The translations under genes and the position numbers were made by a program. A stretch of DNA of 64,000 bases from Octopus sinensis (lineage: Eukaryota), in NCBI RefSeq assembly GCF_006345805.1, contig NC_042998.1, forward strand, positions 63,240,001 through 63,304,000. The letters are read 5' to 3'. The notes beneath the pieces are model-generated. The model saw only the letters and a list, made by a program, of their open reading frames with translations. It was not told where the DNA came from and searched no databases. This document shows positions 13,357 through 27,760 of the stretch, in pieces (positions within the stretch are counted from its first letter, which is position 1; every line of letters begins with the position of its first letter).

Positions 13357-14041
13357 CATATACAAATGTATATATATATACATATATACGACGGACGTCT
13401 TACAGTTTCCATCTAACAAATCCACTTACAAGGCTTTGGTTTGCCCGAGGCTATAGTAGAAGACACTTGCCCAAGGTGCCACGCATTGGGACTGAACTCG
13501 GAGCCATGTGGTTGGTAAGCAAGCTACATACCACACAGCAACTCCTACGCCTATATTAAAAAATCTGGCAAAACCAGGTCATCGGCTGATTGGGCCCATA
13601 GGGTCAAAATTGTTTTTGACCCCACCCTATCAGCCGCAGGAAGAATTCTGAAATTCAAGAGCCTGGCAGTACTGCCACTCAGAACCCGACGGATAGTGTC
13701 TTCTATCCATTCAAGCTATATGCCGGGTGACAGCCCATACACCCAAGCTCTTGTCAGTCTCCTCCCTTCATAAGTGGGGAGAAACAAAAATTTCTCCCCT
13801 TCTAATGGTCTGCTCGCGAAATCCTTAGCAGGGGTGTCAAAAAACACACACTTTCATGGATAAACTTAATCGTTGGCAGGTACTCCGCCAACTCTTTTTC
13901 AATGTCTGTCTGTGAGAACACAGTGATGTTGTCAAGACCCTTAGAATAGGTTCTTAACACCACCGTTCTCTCAGAAAAGTTTTGCAACCACTGTTTGGAG
14001 GCCACTATTTACCACTCCAAAACAGTATTTTTTGCTGCCAT
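12377..14041 (-). pseudogene. Disrupted ORF1 (gag-like, RRM-like region plus degenerate CCHC knuckle) of element 1
   Basis: MAAKNTVLEW*IVASKQWLQNFSERTVVLRTYS..., FLPTYEGRRLTRAWVYGLSPGI*LEWIEDTIR..., KYPVILEG..C..LGHMKTSC and EKWPSQ...LREAYSLVGEEDD*. Contains frameshifts and a SINE-A insertion. Confidence 0.8.
13071..13555 (-). mobile_element. Full-length SINE-A nested in ORF1 of element 1
   Basis: Complete head-to-tail match. Interrupts the coding remnant between LVLPDFF and GGSKYPVIL. Confidence 0.9.
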
Positions 14042-15020
14042 ATTGACGAAAAATAGATAAAATGTACAATGTTCAACACAAAAGTGCAAAAATCCAAATT
14101 AAAGTCAATAATAAAAACAAAAATAAAGATGGAAAGACCTTAGAGAGAAACAAAACGAAAGAAGACATTCAAATGGCAACACAATTCTGCTACTGAGGTA
14201 ATCCACGGTGTTCAGTCGCAGCAAAAAGTTTCGATTTTGGTTTCTCAGAATTAAGTGAGACACAAAAAAACAATAATTTTCCTGGCTGTCGTCCCGGTAC
14301 TCCTGGCCAAAATGGTAATCCACGGACACAAAACAGCTAGAAATACCAGTAAAATATAGCAGTTAAAATAACACAATTTTCAGGAGGAATACACCTCCCA
14401 AAAGGCACTTTTCACAACTAAGTGAGACTTTAAGCGCGACCACTGGCAGAAAAATGCATGGAACCCAGTGGAGACCTCTTGTTCGACGATCAAATAAATA
14501 ATACGAGCAACAGTCCTCCACTTGGTCCGGAAAACCCCCCAGATGTCTTAGTTAGTAGTCGTGCTTAATTATTTCATGACGCTGACACACACCGACATGA
14601 CTTCCGCCGCGAAAAATACGCGTCCACACTATTCAGAAATAAGCAAGCTACTTACCACACAGCCACTACTGCGCCTGCGTTAGTAACGAATTTTCTTTTT
14701 TTGACAAGACGATTGGTTTTGTGAGATGTTTGTGTTCTTGAAAACCAAGGAATCCGCAAATTAGATAAAGCGTTCGACACTTAAGAAAGTAGATTTAAAT
14801 ATATTAATTTATTTCAAACATTGCTTAGAGGCTTATAAATCTGTCTCGATCATCTGCATCTCTAACAACGTATATGCGCATATCATATAGAGACGTACAA
14901 CAAGTTTTGAAGGAATCTTCGATTATTTATACGTGTTATATCTACGTAGCTGTTTGGCTGTATACATAAATATTTGAATAATGAAATATACTATATATGG
15001 AATATATATAACAATACACG

Positions 15021-15064
<44 letters not shown>

Positions 15065-15689
15065 AATATATGTACGTACATGTGTGTATATCTATCTATC
15101 GATATATGTGTATAGGTGTATGTATATATATATATGTATATATATATATGTATATATATATGTACTTATATCCATGCATATATATACACATACACATGCA
15201 AAAGTAATAGAAACGGATGTGTTCACACCACACACACATCTATCCATTTCAATATATATGTGTGCAGGCAGAGTGATATCGACACACTTGCGTATATATA
15301 CACGTACTGTCAAAAGGGAAGTGTTGGAGGAGGAAAAGAAGGCTTTCGAGACGGAATTATAACGGACGATAAAATGAGAAATTAATGATATGCAATCTGA
15401 GCTCTACAATATGCAATTTTGAATTGAATTCGAGACGAGAATCCTACAAGAAAAATGAAGTGAATATAAGAGACAAAAACAAAACATCTTCTTTGCTAAT
15501 CTTATAACCAGAGATCACATGATTTATAGTAGAAATAATAAAGTTGTTTATATTTCTATTTATTTATATATCATTTTCGCTATATTTACATATATTCAAG
15601 TAGATATCATTCGAGTTTGTTAGAGGTAGGCGAGAATTTCTTCATATTTTAGCATTTGAAACTGGATTGTGGCGCCAGCAGAAACATGC

Positions 15690-15765
<76 letters not shown>

Positions 15766-15906
15766 GTGTGTGTGTATAGAGAGAGAGAGAGAGAGAGAAA
15801 GAAAGAGATAGACACACTCACACACACACACATACACAGACGTATATGTATATATACATATCTTTATATATTAATATATAAGTGTACGTATACATGCATA
15901 CATACA

Positions 15907-15976
<70 letters not shown>

Positions 15977-16061
15977 TACATCGTCGTCCCTAATTTCTAG
16001 CTGAATGTAAGGTATTTAAGGAGGAAATGTTCTATATGCAACACGAGTAAATATATAGTTA

Positions 16062-16275
16062 AGGTAGTGAGCTGAAGGAAACATTATCACGCCGGACGAA
16101 ATGCTTTGCGGTATTTCGTCTGTCTTTACGTTCTGAATTCAAATTCCGCTTAGATCAACTTTGCCTTTTCTTCCTTTCGGGGTCGATAAATTAAGTACCA
16201 GTTGCGTACTCGGGTCGATCTAAGTGACTGCACCACCTCCAAAATTTCGGGCCTTGTGCCTAGAGTAGAAAAGAT
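16062..16275 (+). mobile_element. SINE-B monomer, type-1 tail
   Basis: Nin-like core ttcctttcggggtcgataaattaagtacc and tail gggccttgtgcctagagtagaaaaga. Confidence 0.85.
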
Positions 16276-17304
16276 TAAACATATTTTTCCAATAGATATA
16301 TTGCATTTTATTTAGTAGCTTATACTATGTCAATCTATGGATTTCTTATACACACAAGTACACAAACACAACATATATATATATATATATACATATATAC
16401 ACACACATACACACATACACACAAGCACACACACGCACACGCACACACACACACACACATATACTTCGTTTTTGGATTTGGTTTGCAGGATCGTTTCTGT
16501 GAGTTTGAAGCATATTTTGTTGTGTTTGGTGAGAATCATTCTCTTTTAGTGCGTTTTAATTTAACACACTGGTTTTCACTCAGTTATTTCTTTTTCCTTA
16601 AATTTTCGTTGCATCTTGCAACCTTTTCAATAGTTGACTAGTCGCAGAAGGCCGCGGAATCAATCATGAAATATTTGGGGTTGTCATAATATTGTGGTTC
16701 ACATACTCATCTGAAGATAACTGTTTTTTTGTAATATTGATATAATATACCCTTTAATCAAGGAGAAAGTTCGTTTGAAAGAGCTGTAATACATTTACAT
16801 CTGTCCATTGTATTTTATTTATTTATACAAACACGCAACACAGACACACACACAAGCGCACACACATACACACACGCGCCCGCAATATATATATATATAT
16901 ATGACAAGACATAATTTTCGTTTTCCTTTATGGAAACAAAAAAGGTAGTTAGGACTGCAGAAAAGAAGTGGTCAACCGAAATTGAGACAGAGACAAAGAA
17001 ATTATTTATTAGAGAATGGACATGAAAATCGGGCCAAAGAATTTATATTACTCCAAGTTTCCATATATTTCATCAGATACAAATAATAGCATGGCCTTCA
17101 AATATAAAAGAAACACATATTAACACAGAGATAAAAAATATATATAATCATATATTAAAATACAAAATATATAGAAGGGCCTCTCAAGAAAAAGTATATA
17201 CAAATCGAGTAAAATATTTAATATATATAAAATAAACTAAAGAAAAAAAAAAAAAAAATAGATTGATAGATATATATATATACATGCATATATATATATA
17301 TATA

Positions 17305-18600
17305 TAAGGAAGAGGAAAACAAGAACAAGTCATACCATTCATAGTGACACACAACCCATGTCACCAGAATATCTTCAACATTGCCAAAGCAAACCTACCA
17401 ATCATTGCCCAAAGTAATGAATTAAAAGACATAATCACGGATCGAGCTATGGTGCTTAGTAAAAGACAGCCTAAAAACTTGAAAACATACTAACAAAGGC
17501 AAAATTTGACCTCAGCAACAAAGACCAAACATTCACGGTATCTAAATGCAATGATAGCCGATGTGGCACATGCCAATTCATACATACCGGTCAATATATA
17601 AACACAAAACCGGGAAAATATTCACAAACGCGAATATGAACTGCAAAAGCAGAAATTTAATTTACTGCATCAAATGCCCAAATTGTGAAGAAATATATGT
17701 AGGTCAGACGGGAAACGCACTATTAGAACGCTCACGTGTACACCGGCAACAGATTAGAGACCCAGAGGTCCGTCAGATACCTTTGAGTAACCACCTAGCA
17801 ACATGTGGTCGGAAAATATATATAATATTTCCATTCTACAAATTACACAGCCCAAGTGAAATCGAGAGGAAAATCAGAGAAAGAATTTTATTGATAAATT
17901 CGAACCCAAGCTAAATAAGCAATAATAATAATAATATACTTAGAGGTATTACTTCCACTGCTACGACCATGACCACTAACAACAACAACAATACTAAAGG
18001 TGATCAAGACGAAGATAGCAGGAAAATTATCTTATTTAGGGTTAAAAGTTCTATTGCCATAACCATCACCACTAGCAACAATAATTAAGGTGCTGACAAT
18101 GATGATGATGACAATTGAAATATAAAAATATAAAAATCTCTGACAAAGGATATTTACAACATTTCTAAAATAACCCAACAATTGCTGCTTCGGCCAGGGT
18201 CAAGATACAGGACTCTTGACATGTCCAACAAAGCGTGATGCCTAAACCAATCAGCTCAACCAACCAATCAGCTTAAGTAATTGAGTGATACTACACACTG
18301 ATTGGTCAGAATACAGTTTGCAAAACCTAGCACTCTGGAGCCTACCCAGCTGTATTTATAGCACAGAATCAATCATCTTGCTACAGTCAAAAATTGTGAA
18401 GCATGACTGTCAACACTACTACATGAACCCGAAGATTGCAGAATTCAATGCATGAAAGTACTAGTTCAATCAGAATGAATATTTAACATTCTACTATTTC
18501 ATTTATTTTATTCAATTAAATATATTATCTTATAATATATCATTATAAGATTGTAAATAAAACGTGAAAATCAGACAAGGTTGGAATTCTTTTTATTAAT
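17305..18600 (+). mobile_element. Penelope-like element (Neptune-type), 3' fragment
   Basis: VIPFIVTHNP..SKRQPKNLK..KCNDSRCGTC (Cys linker)..NCKSRNLIYCIKCPNCEEIYVGQTGNALLER..H (GIY-YIG). The 3' region has a hammerhead-like motif at 18424-18468. Flanked by (TA)n. Confidence 0.85.
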
Positions 18601-18653
18601 ATATTCTTCTATACACAATCACACACACCCATATATATATATTCTATATATAT

Positions 18654-18684
<31 letters not shown>

Positions 18685-19364
18685 GTATATCTATATATCA
18701 ATCTATCTTTCTCTCTCTTTATATATATAGAGAGAGAGAGGGAGAGGGGGAGACAAAGTGAGTTTTGATATGGGTTAAATCTATACGTTTATATATGCAA
18801 TGTATTTATATAAAGTATCGCTATTTGTTTGGACGTGTAATTATATTTAAATGTGATTGAAACCTGTCACACATTTATTGAAGTGTCTATCAATAAATTC
18901 TAGTATTAAATTCCTATTTATAATTGTAAAATGGTTGACGGATGCTTCGAATTTTCGTCGAAATCGCTTGCGTCAATTTCTAAAGATTTTAAATGGTTTA
19001 CATACGTTTTAGGCCGTCCAACTATTGAGACTTAGCGTTTGTAAATAGGAATCTATTAACAGAGTAATTTTCTGTTACACAAATACCCAATTTTATGGAT
19101 ATTTTAATAGGGAGAATAGACATTAATATGTCATAACAGATATCTGAAATTGGGAATGTGATTTAAAAACAGATATATTGAGGGTATCAATCGTAGAATG
19201 TCATAAAGAGATTGTAAGATTTCGGAGACAAAAAAGGGGGTAGGAAAGGAGAGAATGCGGAGGAGAAAAAGAAAAGTGAGAAGGAAAGGTAGATTGAAGA
19301 CTGGATAATTTACATCGTTGAACATTTATATGTGGTACTCTATAACATTATCTATCTATCTATC

Positions 19365-19410
<46 letters not shown>

Positions 19411-19436
19411 ATATATATATTATATATATATATATC

Positions 19437-19509
<73 letters not shown>

Positions 19510-19717
19510 CGATCTATCTATCTGTCTATCTCCTCTCTGTCTGTATGTCTTTCTGTCTGTCGTTTCTCTGTCTCTATGTCTGTCTATCTATCTATCTATC
19601 TATCTGTATGCCTATCTAGGTTGTTCTTATATTTACTCCCCTACCTACTCCAGTTCAAATCTCTACAGCACTACAGAGAATACCTGTCTGTACTCTATAT
19701 ATACATACATACATACA

Positions 19718-19761
<44 letters not shown>

Positions 19762-19771
19762 TACATATACA

Positions 19772-19820
<49 letters not shown>

Positions 19821-20585
19821 ACACACACACACACACACCACACACACACACACATATATATTGTTGAAGAGCTTTGTTCGAAACGTAAAACACACTTTCT
19901 TTCCTTCCCGGCAGCGTCTTATTAATAATTTACATGCAATACGTGTTCGCGTTGTGTCTTGTCCTTTTCCTCCGTCTTTTACTAACTATTTATATATATA
20001 GACACACACACACATATATATATATAGAGAGAGAGAGAGAAAGAAACAGAGATGTGTATATATATGTGTGTGTGTGTGTGTGCATACATACATGCACATA
20101 TTCATATATGTGAAAAAGGCGAAGGAAAATGGCGAGAGAGAGAAAGATTGGGTGTGAAAGAAATGAAGTAGAACATCTAAAGAGCCGGTAAATTATCTTT
20201 CGTCCGATGATCGTCTAATTACTGTAAACATCTATGTGTTTTTGCTGCTGATTCCACACACTTTAGAAACTTCATATCTTATCATTTCCCTTACATTAGA
20301 AATTTAGGTTATCCATAATCTGTAATAAAGTACGCGTTCCTTTTCTGAACTAATCCCTCCTCTACAACCCAGCACATGATTTGCTATGTAATCGTTCGTA
20401 TATTTACGAATTGCAGTAAAATCTATGTGGAGCACACAATGTTGTTCTCAGAGGAAATGAGATTGTATATAATGGAAAATAAGTCATGTTCATTGGCCTG
20501 AGGTTGCTGTGCTAATCGTCACCACTAATTAGTCCATTTATTTTAAAACCATTCTTCTCCTTAAACTTTGTATTTATAATCCAAT

Positions 20586-20780
20586 AGGATTGCTGAAAAG
20601 TTCCTGGCTTTGTGTAAAAGAAAATACAGGCGCATCAGTTGATTTTTCAAATTATTCCCCTCACAGATTCACACACTTATTGCCGCTGGCTTTCAGCTTT
20701 TCTAAGTCCTGTAAATGTTCGGGCTTCCAAACAGGCCTTTATGTGATACTCTTAAAGCCAGTAATTTTTCAGTACCCCAT
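20586..20780. mobile_element. Mariner-type MITE, second copy
   Basis: TIRs ttgctgaaaagttcctggcttt / aaagccagtaatttttcagtaccc. Internal sequence is similar to 8741-8946. Confidence 0.7.
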
Positions 20781-23397
20781 TGTCTGTTAGCGTGACGTAT
20801 GTGTTTGGCACAGAAGGTAGAATGTGTTGGAGGACTGATTCAACCTATAAATTCAATGGCTGTTTGCCACGAATCATATCACTTTCTCTTTCTATCGGTA
20901 ATTACTGAAATGCTAACGTGGATATGGTTGTTGTTATTATTCTTGTGGTTTCGGCTGTTTTGTTTGTTATTTATCACAAGGATAAATAATTTGAAGTGAA
21001 ACTACGATAAAAATTATTCGCCGTTTCATCACCCACGTGTTTGCAAATTTATTTTATCTAAATGTGGATAATCCTCTATGAATTTAATTTGATGAGATTT
21101 GAAGCTGTTATTTTATGAAGAACTTTGGCAGTGATTCCTTGCGTGTCGACTTCTCGTGTAGAATTCTGCAGAACCCCATTGTAGACAAACGCAAACATAT
21201 GCATCAGTTCCTGCTACTTGTCAAGTCACAACTTGCATTGTTCGTTCTAGTCAAGATGTCAAAAAAGTCTAGTTAACAAACTCGTGTATAGTGTAGGGTT
21301 TCTCCAAGAAACACCGTGCTTTCTCTCAGAACAGCAGCGTATAATCTCTCAAAGTGTAGACAACGGTGAACAACGTTGGTCAGATTCTGTCTACGTATCC
21401 GCGTTTCAGACATTGAAATAGCGTGAATTTAATAAAAATGCAATTATAGCAGAATGTCGATAATGGCCATATATAAAACTATTTTGAATAAATACTTGAT
21501 TATTGCTCGATGCAAATCAGTATCGCAACATGTGAAAAGTAGAGTAATTAAATAAAAAATAGAAAAAAGAACATAGGAAGACAAATACAGAGAAATCACT
21601 CAGTAAAATTGCTTCCTTACAAAATTTAACGAACTTTGCTTCACCATTATGCAGTAATTTGAATGAATTATCATGTTTTAGTGACAGTTCTTGCGTGTAT
21701 GTGCGATTGGGGATAAAATCAAGCTGAAAAAATGTCTTCAGTATTGATTAATAAAAAAAATAATAGAAGCCAAGTCAATATATTTTCAAGTAATATTCGG
21801 ATTACAAAATATCATTCAGAAAGTGAACGTCTCTGCGTTTCATTGAAATAAAACCAAATTTTCAGTAAAAATAACAGGAGCATTAACAATTTCAACACCT
21901 AGGTCTCCAAATAATATATTATTCAATTCTAAATAATCTAGTTACAAGAGACATCAAAACTCCCATTCAAACTTTTTAATTTATTTACTGGACATGACGC
22001 GACTGAGAGTCAGTGCAAACTTATTTTACGTCGATAAATAGGTCTGCTCGATATAACTAAAATTTTGCGGGACCGCGGCGGACGATTCGGCGAAGTGTTC
22101 AGTGATGGAAATAAGAAACGGAAAGCGTTAGGTATAACGAGAGTGCTGGAAGGACATGCTGGCTGTAGAGTGAGTAAACTACTACAACATCGGATTTGAG
22201 GTTGTTAAAATATACGAAGATAAGATATGAAGAAGAAATAACTATTCAGTAAATTAGTGGTAGAAATGAGTTGGCAATTAAGCCGTTTTTAACCAACCGA
22301 AGCATATTTCTTTGAAAGCACGCTAATTGTTGCATTCAGCAGCGCAATTTTGTGTACAGTGCTTACACACGTGAATGAAGAGTGTAAAGCTTAGCTGTTT
22401 TCTTTTTGAATTATGGAAATAATACTCTTATCCACACAGCTAATGAAGGATCGTCTATGTTTTCACTCGGAAAGCTAGAATGTGCAGTCAAGCATTTCAG
22501 CATCAACAACATTGTGTCTTAGAAAATAAATGTTGGTAAATGTGCCTCTAAGTTCCACAGAAATAGTATAAGACAAGATAGTCACGGCTGGAAGGTTTTA
22601 TATAAGCTTCTTCTATGGGGATCGATCAGGGTGGAACAACAGAAACAACAGCACAACAATAACAAATTCAGCTTGAAGAGTTTGTGATCTCTGAGAAACG
22701 CTGAGGAGGTATTTAGGAATATTATTCTTCAAAAACCCACTGCAATGAGGCTTCATAGAAAAGAAAACACGTAAAACCCATGTAATATACATATAAAACG
22801 CAAACATATTCTTATTAAATAAATTGATGCAGAAGATTAAGAATTATTATTGGTGCCATGTTTGAAAATAAGCAAATTCAATAGGCAGAATCGGGGGAGA
22901 AATCAGACTGTTCTGATTAACAAATATATTGGTAATAGCGAAGAATCATAAAATCATGGTTGGTAGTAAGTTTAAAAGGTGCGACAATTTAATTACTTTT
23001 TGGAGTGTCTATATTCCTTGTAAATTCTTTGAATATAGTGGTACATTTCCCTACTTACATCTTGCAAATTTACACGCACGCGCGCATGCACATATTAATA
23101 TTTGTTTTTATGTTCAGTTATAATAACAATTTCACATAAATATGATGGGTTACTCTGTAATTTATTATTCATATACATGAATGTTGACAGTGACTTCGAA
23201 GTTTTGGCCGGCTAAGCCATCGTCGGACTGCGAGGGTCTTAGAGTTAGTCTTATCCTCGTATAGTCTCCGTTGACTTAAGAACATCTTTGGGTTTGTGGA
23301 CCTGAGTGGTGTGGTAATTAAGTTTTTACAGTTGGTTGTAACGTAGAAGTGTTTTGGAAAGAGTTAATTGATTAAACATAATATGAAAAATCTGATA

Positions 23398-24082
23398 TCT
23401 GATATTGTTTATGTTTAAATAGAATTCACGTCCTCGATCGTTTATAAGTATGCTGACCACCAGCTGAAACTGATACTGTTTAATAGTATTATTTAATAAT
23501 ATTAATGTCTACCCTTATTATTTAATTTTATTATTTATTATTTAATAGCATTATTTAATAATATCAATTTCTACCCTTCTTATTTAATTTTATTATTTAT
23601 TATTTAATTTTATTATTTAATGGCATTATATAATAATATCAATTTCTACCCTTATTATTTAATTCTATCAATTATGTTTTAATTTTATCATTTATTATTT
23701 AATTTTATTAATTTTTATTTAATTTTATTATTTAATAGTATTATTTAATACACAGCCTCTCCTGCGCCTATATTGAATTTTGCCTGTCCAATTATTGAAT
23801 TGTTCCTGTTGAAACCTTAAGGTATGGAATTAAGTACTATGTTTATTTCTTTTCATTTGTCTAGCTCGTAAACATCTAGCGTCTTGTTAAGTTGGGAACA
23901 CAGATTTAGTGGCAAGAGGGTTTCATGTCTATTTGTAGCATCCATAGAGTGATCTCTCATATTGTTTATGTTTATACAGAATTCACGGTCCTCAGACGTT
24001 TTTAAGTATACTGGCCACTAGTCGAAATTGATATTATTCAATATTATTTAATAATATTAATTTCTACTCTTATTATTTAATT
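23398..24082. repeat. ~125-bp direct repeat (23400-23527, 23958-24082) with an AT-rich minisatellite (ttattatttaat-like, 23480-23750); possibly PLE-derived
   Basis: atattgtttatgttt...agaattcacg.tcctc...cgttt.taagtat.ctg.ccac.ag..gaaa.tgata.t occurs twice. Confidence 0.65.
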
Positions 24083-24391
24083 AATTAAATTGTTGTTAAT
24101 GTTATTGTTTAGAATTTATTTATGCATGTAGAACTTTGTAAACAAGTCTGTAGGAAGTTCTCCTTATTTAGCTAGGCACAAAGTGTGACAGTATTTTTGT
24201 TGGTTTTGCTATTATTGGATTTAATCATTTAGCTTTGACAGTATAAAGGTCAAAATTACAAAGTCCAGTATTTAAGCCTTTAGTCATTCGCTGTCAGCAT
24301 TCTTACATGAAAGTATGTAGGTAGGGTGTGGGTAAGTTTAGAGTGGTTCTTCTTGCTGATATTTAGTGTATTTCCTATTTTCATTTTATAC

Positions 24392-24567
24392 GAGTGGTTG
24401 TGTGGTAAGCAGCTTATTTACCAACCTCATGGTTTCGGGTTCATTCCCCCTGCGTGGCACCTTGCGAAAGTGCCTTCCATTATAGCCTCGGGCAAACCAA
24501 AACCTTGTGAGTGGATTTGGTAGACCGTAACTGAAAGAGGCCTGTCGCACACACACATATATATATA

Positions 24568-24620
<53 letters not shown>

Positions 24621-24823
24621 GCTTTTGTTTGTTCCGCAACATCACTTGAAAACCGATGGTGGTATGTTTACATCCCCGTAACTTAGCGATTCGGCAGAAA
24701 CAGACCGATAGAATAAGTACTAGGCTCACAAAGAATAAGTCCAGGGGTCGATTTGCTCAACTAAAGGTGGTGCTCCAGCATGGCCGCAGGCAAACGACTG
24801 AAACAAGTAAAAGAGTAAAATAG

Positions 24824-24825
<2 letters not shown>
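24392..24825 (+). mobile_element. SINE-A, near full length
   Basis: Head, CORE-like motif, (TG)n middle and tail ggtgctccagcatggccgcagg...gaaacaagtaaaagag. Confidence 0.9.
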
Positions 24826-24855
<30 letters not shown>

Positions 24856-24858
<3 letters not shown>

Positions 24859-25835
24859 CATGACAGAAGTAAATAGACACATTTATACTCATTAAAATTA
24901 ATTTACATTTGAAATTACAGATTCCTAGACAACTGTTTCATACTCTGGAATGAAAGCACAAACTCCTGAAATTCAATAGTCTATTGAACAACCCAAACAT
25001 ACAGTTCACAATGGAGTACAACGAAAAGGAGCTGCCATTCTTGGATATATTAAATTTTAAAAAGCCTAAAAAATGGAAACGGACGTATTTTACAAAGTCA
25101 CAGACGCCAAACAATATCCACTGTTTAATTCATGCCGACCAAGGTACACCAAACAACCATCCCCTTCAACCTTGCAAGACGGATATGCAAAATAGTGTCA
25201 GAAAAATACCAGAGGCTTTCGACTGCAAGATCTCAAAATCACCCTAATTGACAGACACTATCTAGTTCAACTCATAGAGGATGGAATCAGACGTCCAACG
25301 CAAATCGACATAGGGACTTAAAGAAAGTTCAACACAACAATACACCTTCCTCAAAAATACTGCCGTCCATATCCACATACAACCCCAGAAACAAAGAAGC
25401 CTTCACCATCATCACCTAAAATTTACCAATGCTACATAAGGACCCCAAATTAAAGGACATTTTACACACACATAGGATCATTACAAGCCACAAACAACCG
25501 AAATCACTAAAAAGATCCTCACCATGGCAAAATTATTTATTAAATGACAGACGCAAAACTAAAAAAAAATGTGGTCGACCAAATTGCGCAAAATACCCAA
25601 ACCTTCTAGTGGGGTCAGAATTCCTTTTATAAGAGGGACAAAAATTCAAAATTTCATCTAATTTTATTTGTGATTCAGAAAACCTGATTTATGTTATAAG
25701 ATGCTCGGGCTGCCACCAAAACTATACAGGGTCCACAGGATACACTCTGCACCGTCAGCAGAATCCTGTTGTACATAGCAGAAAAGATCAATACATTGAC
25801 TCACAAAGTGCACATTGCGAGTCCGTGGGAAATAA
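24856..25835 (+). mobile_element. Penelope-like element fragment (RT C-terminal half to GIY-YIG), frameshifted
   Basis: YRFLDNCFILW (RT motif C), NIQFTMEYNEKELPFLDIL, TDVFYKVTD, IPFNLARRIC, KQPKSLKR, KCGRPNC and NFICDSENLIYVIRCSGC. Related to 17305-17920. Confidence 0.85.
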
Positions 25836-25843
25836 TACATACA

Positions 25844-25877
<34 letters not shown>

Positions 25878-25980
25878 CATACTAGTACCTCGGTTTTCGA
25901 ACAACTCTGACCACGAGTAAATCGTGCTTTATATATATACATATACCTGCCTTATATTTATATGTACATTCGCTAGCAAA

Positions 25981-26390
25981 TGGCTGGCAGAATCATTAGC
26001 ACGCTGGGCGAAATGCGTGGCCGTATTTCGTCTGCCGTTACCTTCTGAGTTCAAATTCCGTCGAGGTCGACTTTGCCTTTTACCCTTTCGGGGTCGATAA
26101 ATTAAGTACTAGTTACACACTGGGGTCGATGTAATCAACTTAATCCGTTTGTCTGCCCTTGTTTGCCTTCTCTCACTTTAGCCCCTTGTGGGAAGTAAAG
26201 AAATAAGTATTTCGTCTGCCGCTACGTTCTGAGTTCAAATTCCGCCGATGTCGACTTTGGCTTTCATCCTTTCGGGGGTCGATAAATAAGTACCAGTTAC
26301 GAACTGGGGTCGATATAATCGACTTGATCCGTTTGTCTGTCCTTGATTGTCCCCTCTGTGTTTAGCCCCTTGTGGGTAGTAAAGAAATAG
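25981..26390 (+). mobile_element. SINE-B tandem dimer, type-2 tails
   Basis: Two ~183-bp units with junction gtaaagaaataagtatttcgtctgccg. Flanked by acattcgctagc / acaatcgctagc. Confidence 0.85.
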
Positions 26391-26394
26391 ATAT

Positions 26395-26643
26395 ACACAA
26401 TCGCTAGCTTTCTTACAAAGCGGTCTAATGCTCTCAGCTTAGACTTTTTGGGGGGCAACCAGATCGAACCATCTCAAGTGTAACTGCCCGAAATGGCCGT
26501 GACTTCTGGAACTTTACTGATGAACGAAAGCCAAGAATGACCTGTGTTTCTTTTGCCTGTCCTTCTAATTGTTATTTCTCTTATCCACCTTTGTATCGTC
26601 TATCTGTCCACACGTTTTAATGCCTTCTATTGCATTTTACTCC

Positions 26644-26650
<7 letters not shown>
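26395..26650 (+). repeat. Short interspersed repeat related to 57690-57915
   Basis: Shared tctaatgctc..agcttag..ttt..gggg...gatcg..c.atctcaag...gccga.at.gc...ctga.ga...gaatgacc.gt. Confidence 0.6.
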
Positions 26651-26725
<75 letters not shown>

Positions 26726-27714
26726 TACAAAGAAAATTTGCCACAAGACTTTTCAAATATACCAAGAGTATATTGCGAAATAATGTGGCTTGCAATAGAA
26801 AATGGACCGTTATTTATGTAGAGCCTGACTGCATACATGGTGGGCGATAGTTTAACAACAAAATATAATTAACAACAAAAAATTCAATATAGTAGCAGAA
26901 AGAGAAAAAGAATAATAATCATAAAAAATACATTGATTATTTCAATATATGAAGTTTAAAAAAATCGTAACATATTTTTTTAAGGCTGAGCAGATATAGA
27001 ACTACGTACAGAAAGTCACAGTTTCCGATTTTACCTTGATTTCTGTATAATTTTTTGTTTTCTATGTAACTTTTTCCTGTAATATAGCGGTTCTTGCAGT
27101 CATTTTACATGTTTTTTATAAATGAAATAAAATTTCAAAAGCGTTTTGGAATCAATATTGTTTTTACTAAAGCCTTCCGCTTTCAATTATTTCTTTTATT
27201 CTCTTCATTTTTTTCTCTGTGGCCTTTCAGTATTGCAGGGTGATTTGGTGCTGTGAATGACGCTACAGTCCTGCAGATAATACAATGAAATTGCATAGTA
27301 GTTTTAAATATGTTATTCATGTTATTTGTTTATGCACAAACACTTTTTTTGTACACTGCTATTCCAAAAAGTGTGGGTTTTCGCACAAAATTTTCTATCG
27401 TGGTTCAAATCCTGAATATCTGCTCACGTTTGGTTTGAAAAAATCGGAAGCGTGAGACCCAGCGATACGTATGTTGTACTTTCAGCTTTTGTTACTCTAT
27501 TTCCATATTGAATGGTATATATTTCGCCCTATTGTTTCACTCACTTCGTTTCTCAGTATACATATGTTTTTATATATATGTATGTACATATGTATACATG
27601 AATGCATATATGTAGGCGTGGATGCATGTCTGTCTGTCTGTTTGTGTGTGTGTCTGTATGCATATATATTAAAATATGCAGATCTGTCTCTCCCCTCTCT
27701 TCCTAGCTAGCTAA

Positions 27715-27760
<46 letters not shown>

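Larger units (their letters stand above)
12086..14639 (-). mobile_element. ORF1-only non-LTR retroelement, copy 1 (L1/Tx1-like), inserted in the SINE-A head with an 11-bp TSD
   Basis: TSD taagcaagcta at 12075-12085 and 14640-14650. ~600-nt leader, one disrupted ORF, ~290-nt trailer ending A-rich. Collinear with 28517-30780. Confidence 0.85.

Noticed and set aside
22230-22400. Weak hAT dimerisation-domain-like remnant on the minus strand (NCAAE...)
   Set aside because: Too degenerate, and no TIRs or other motifs were found.
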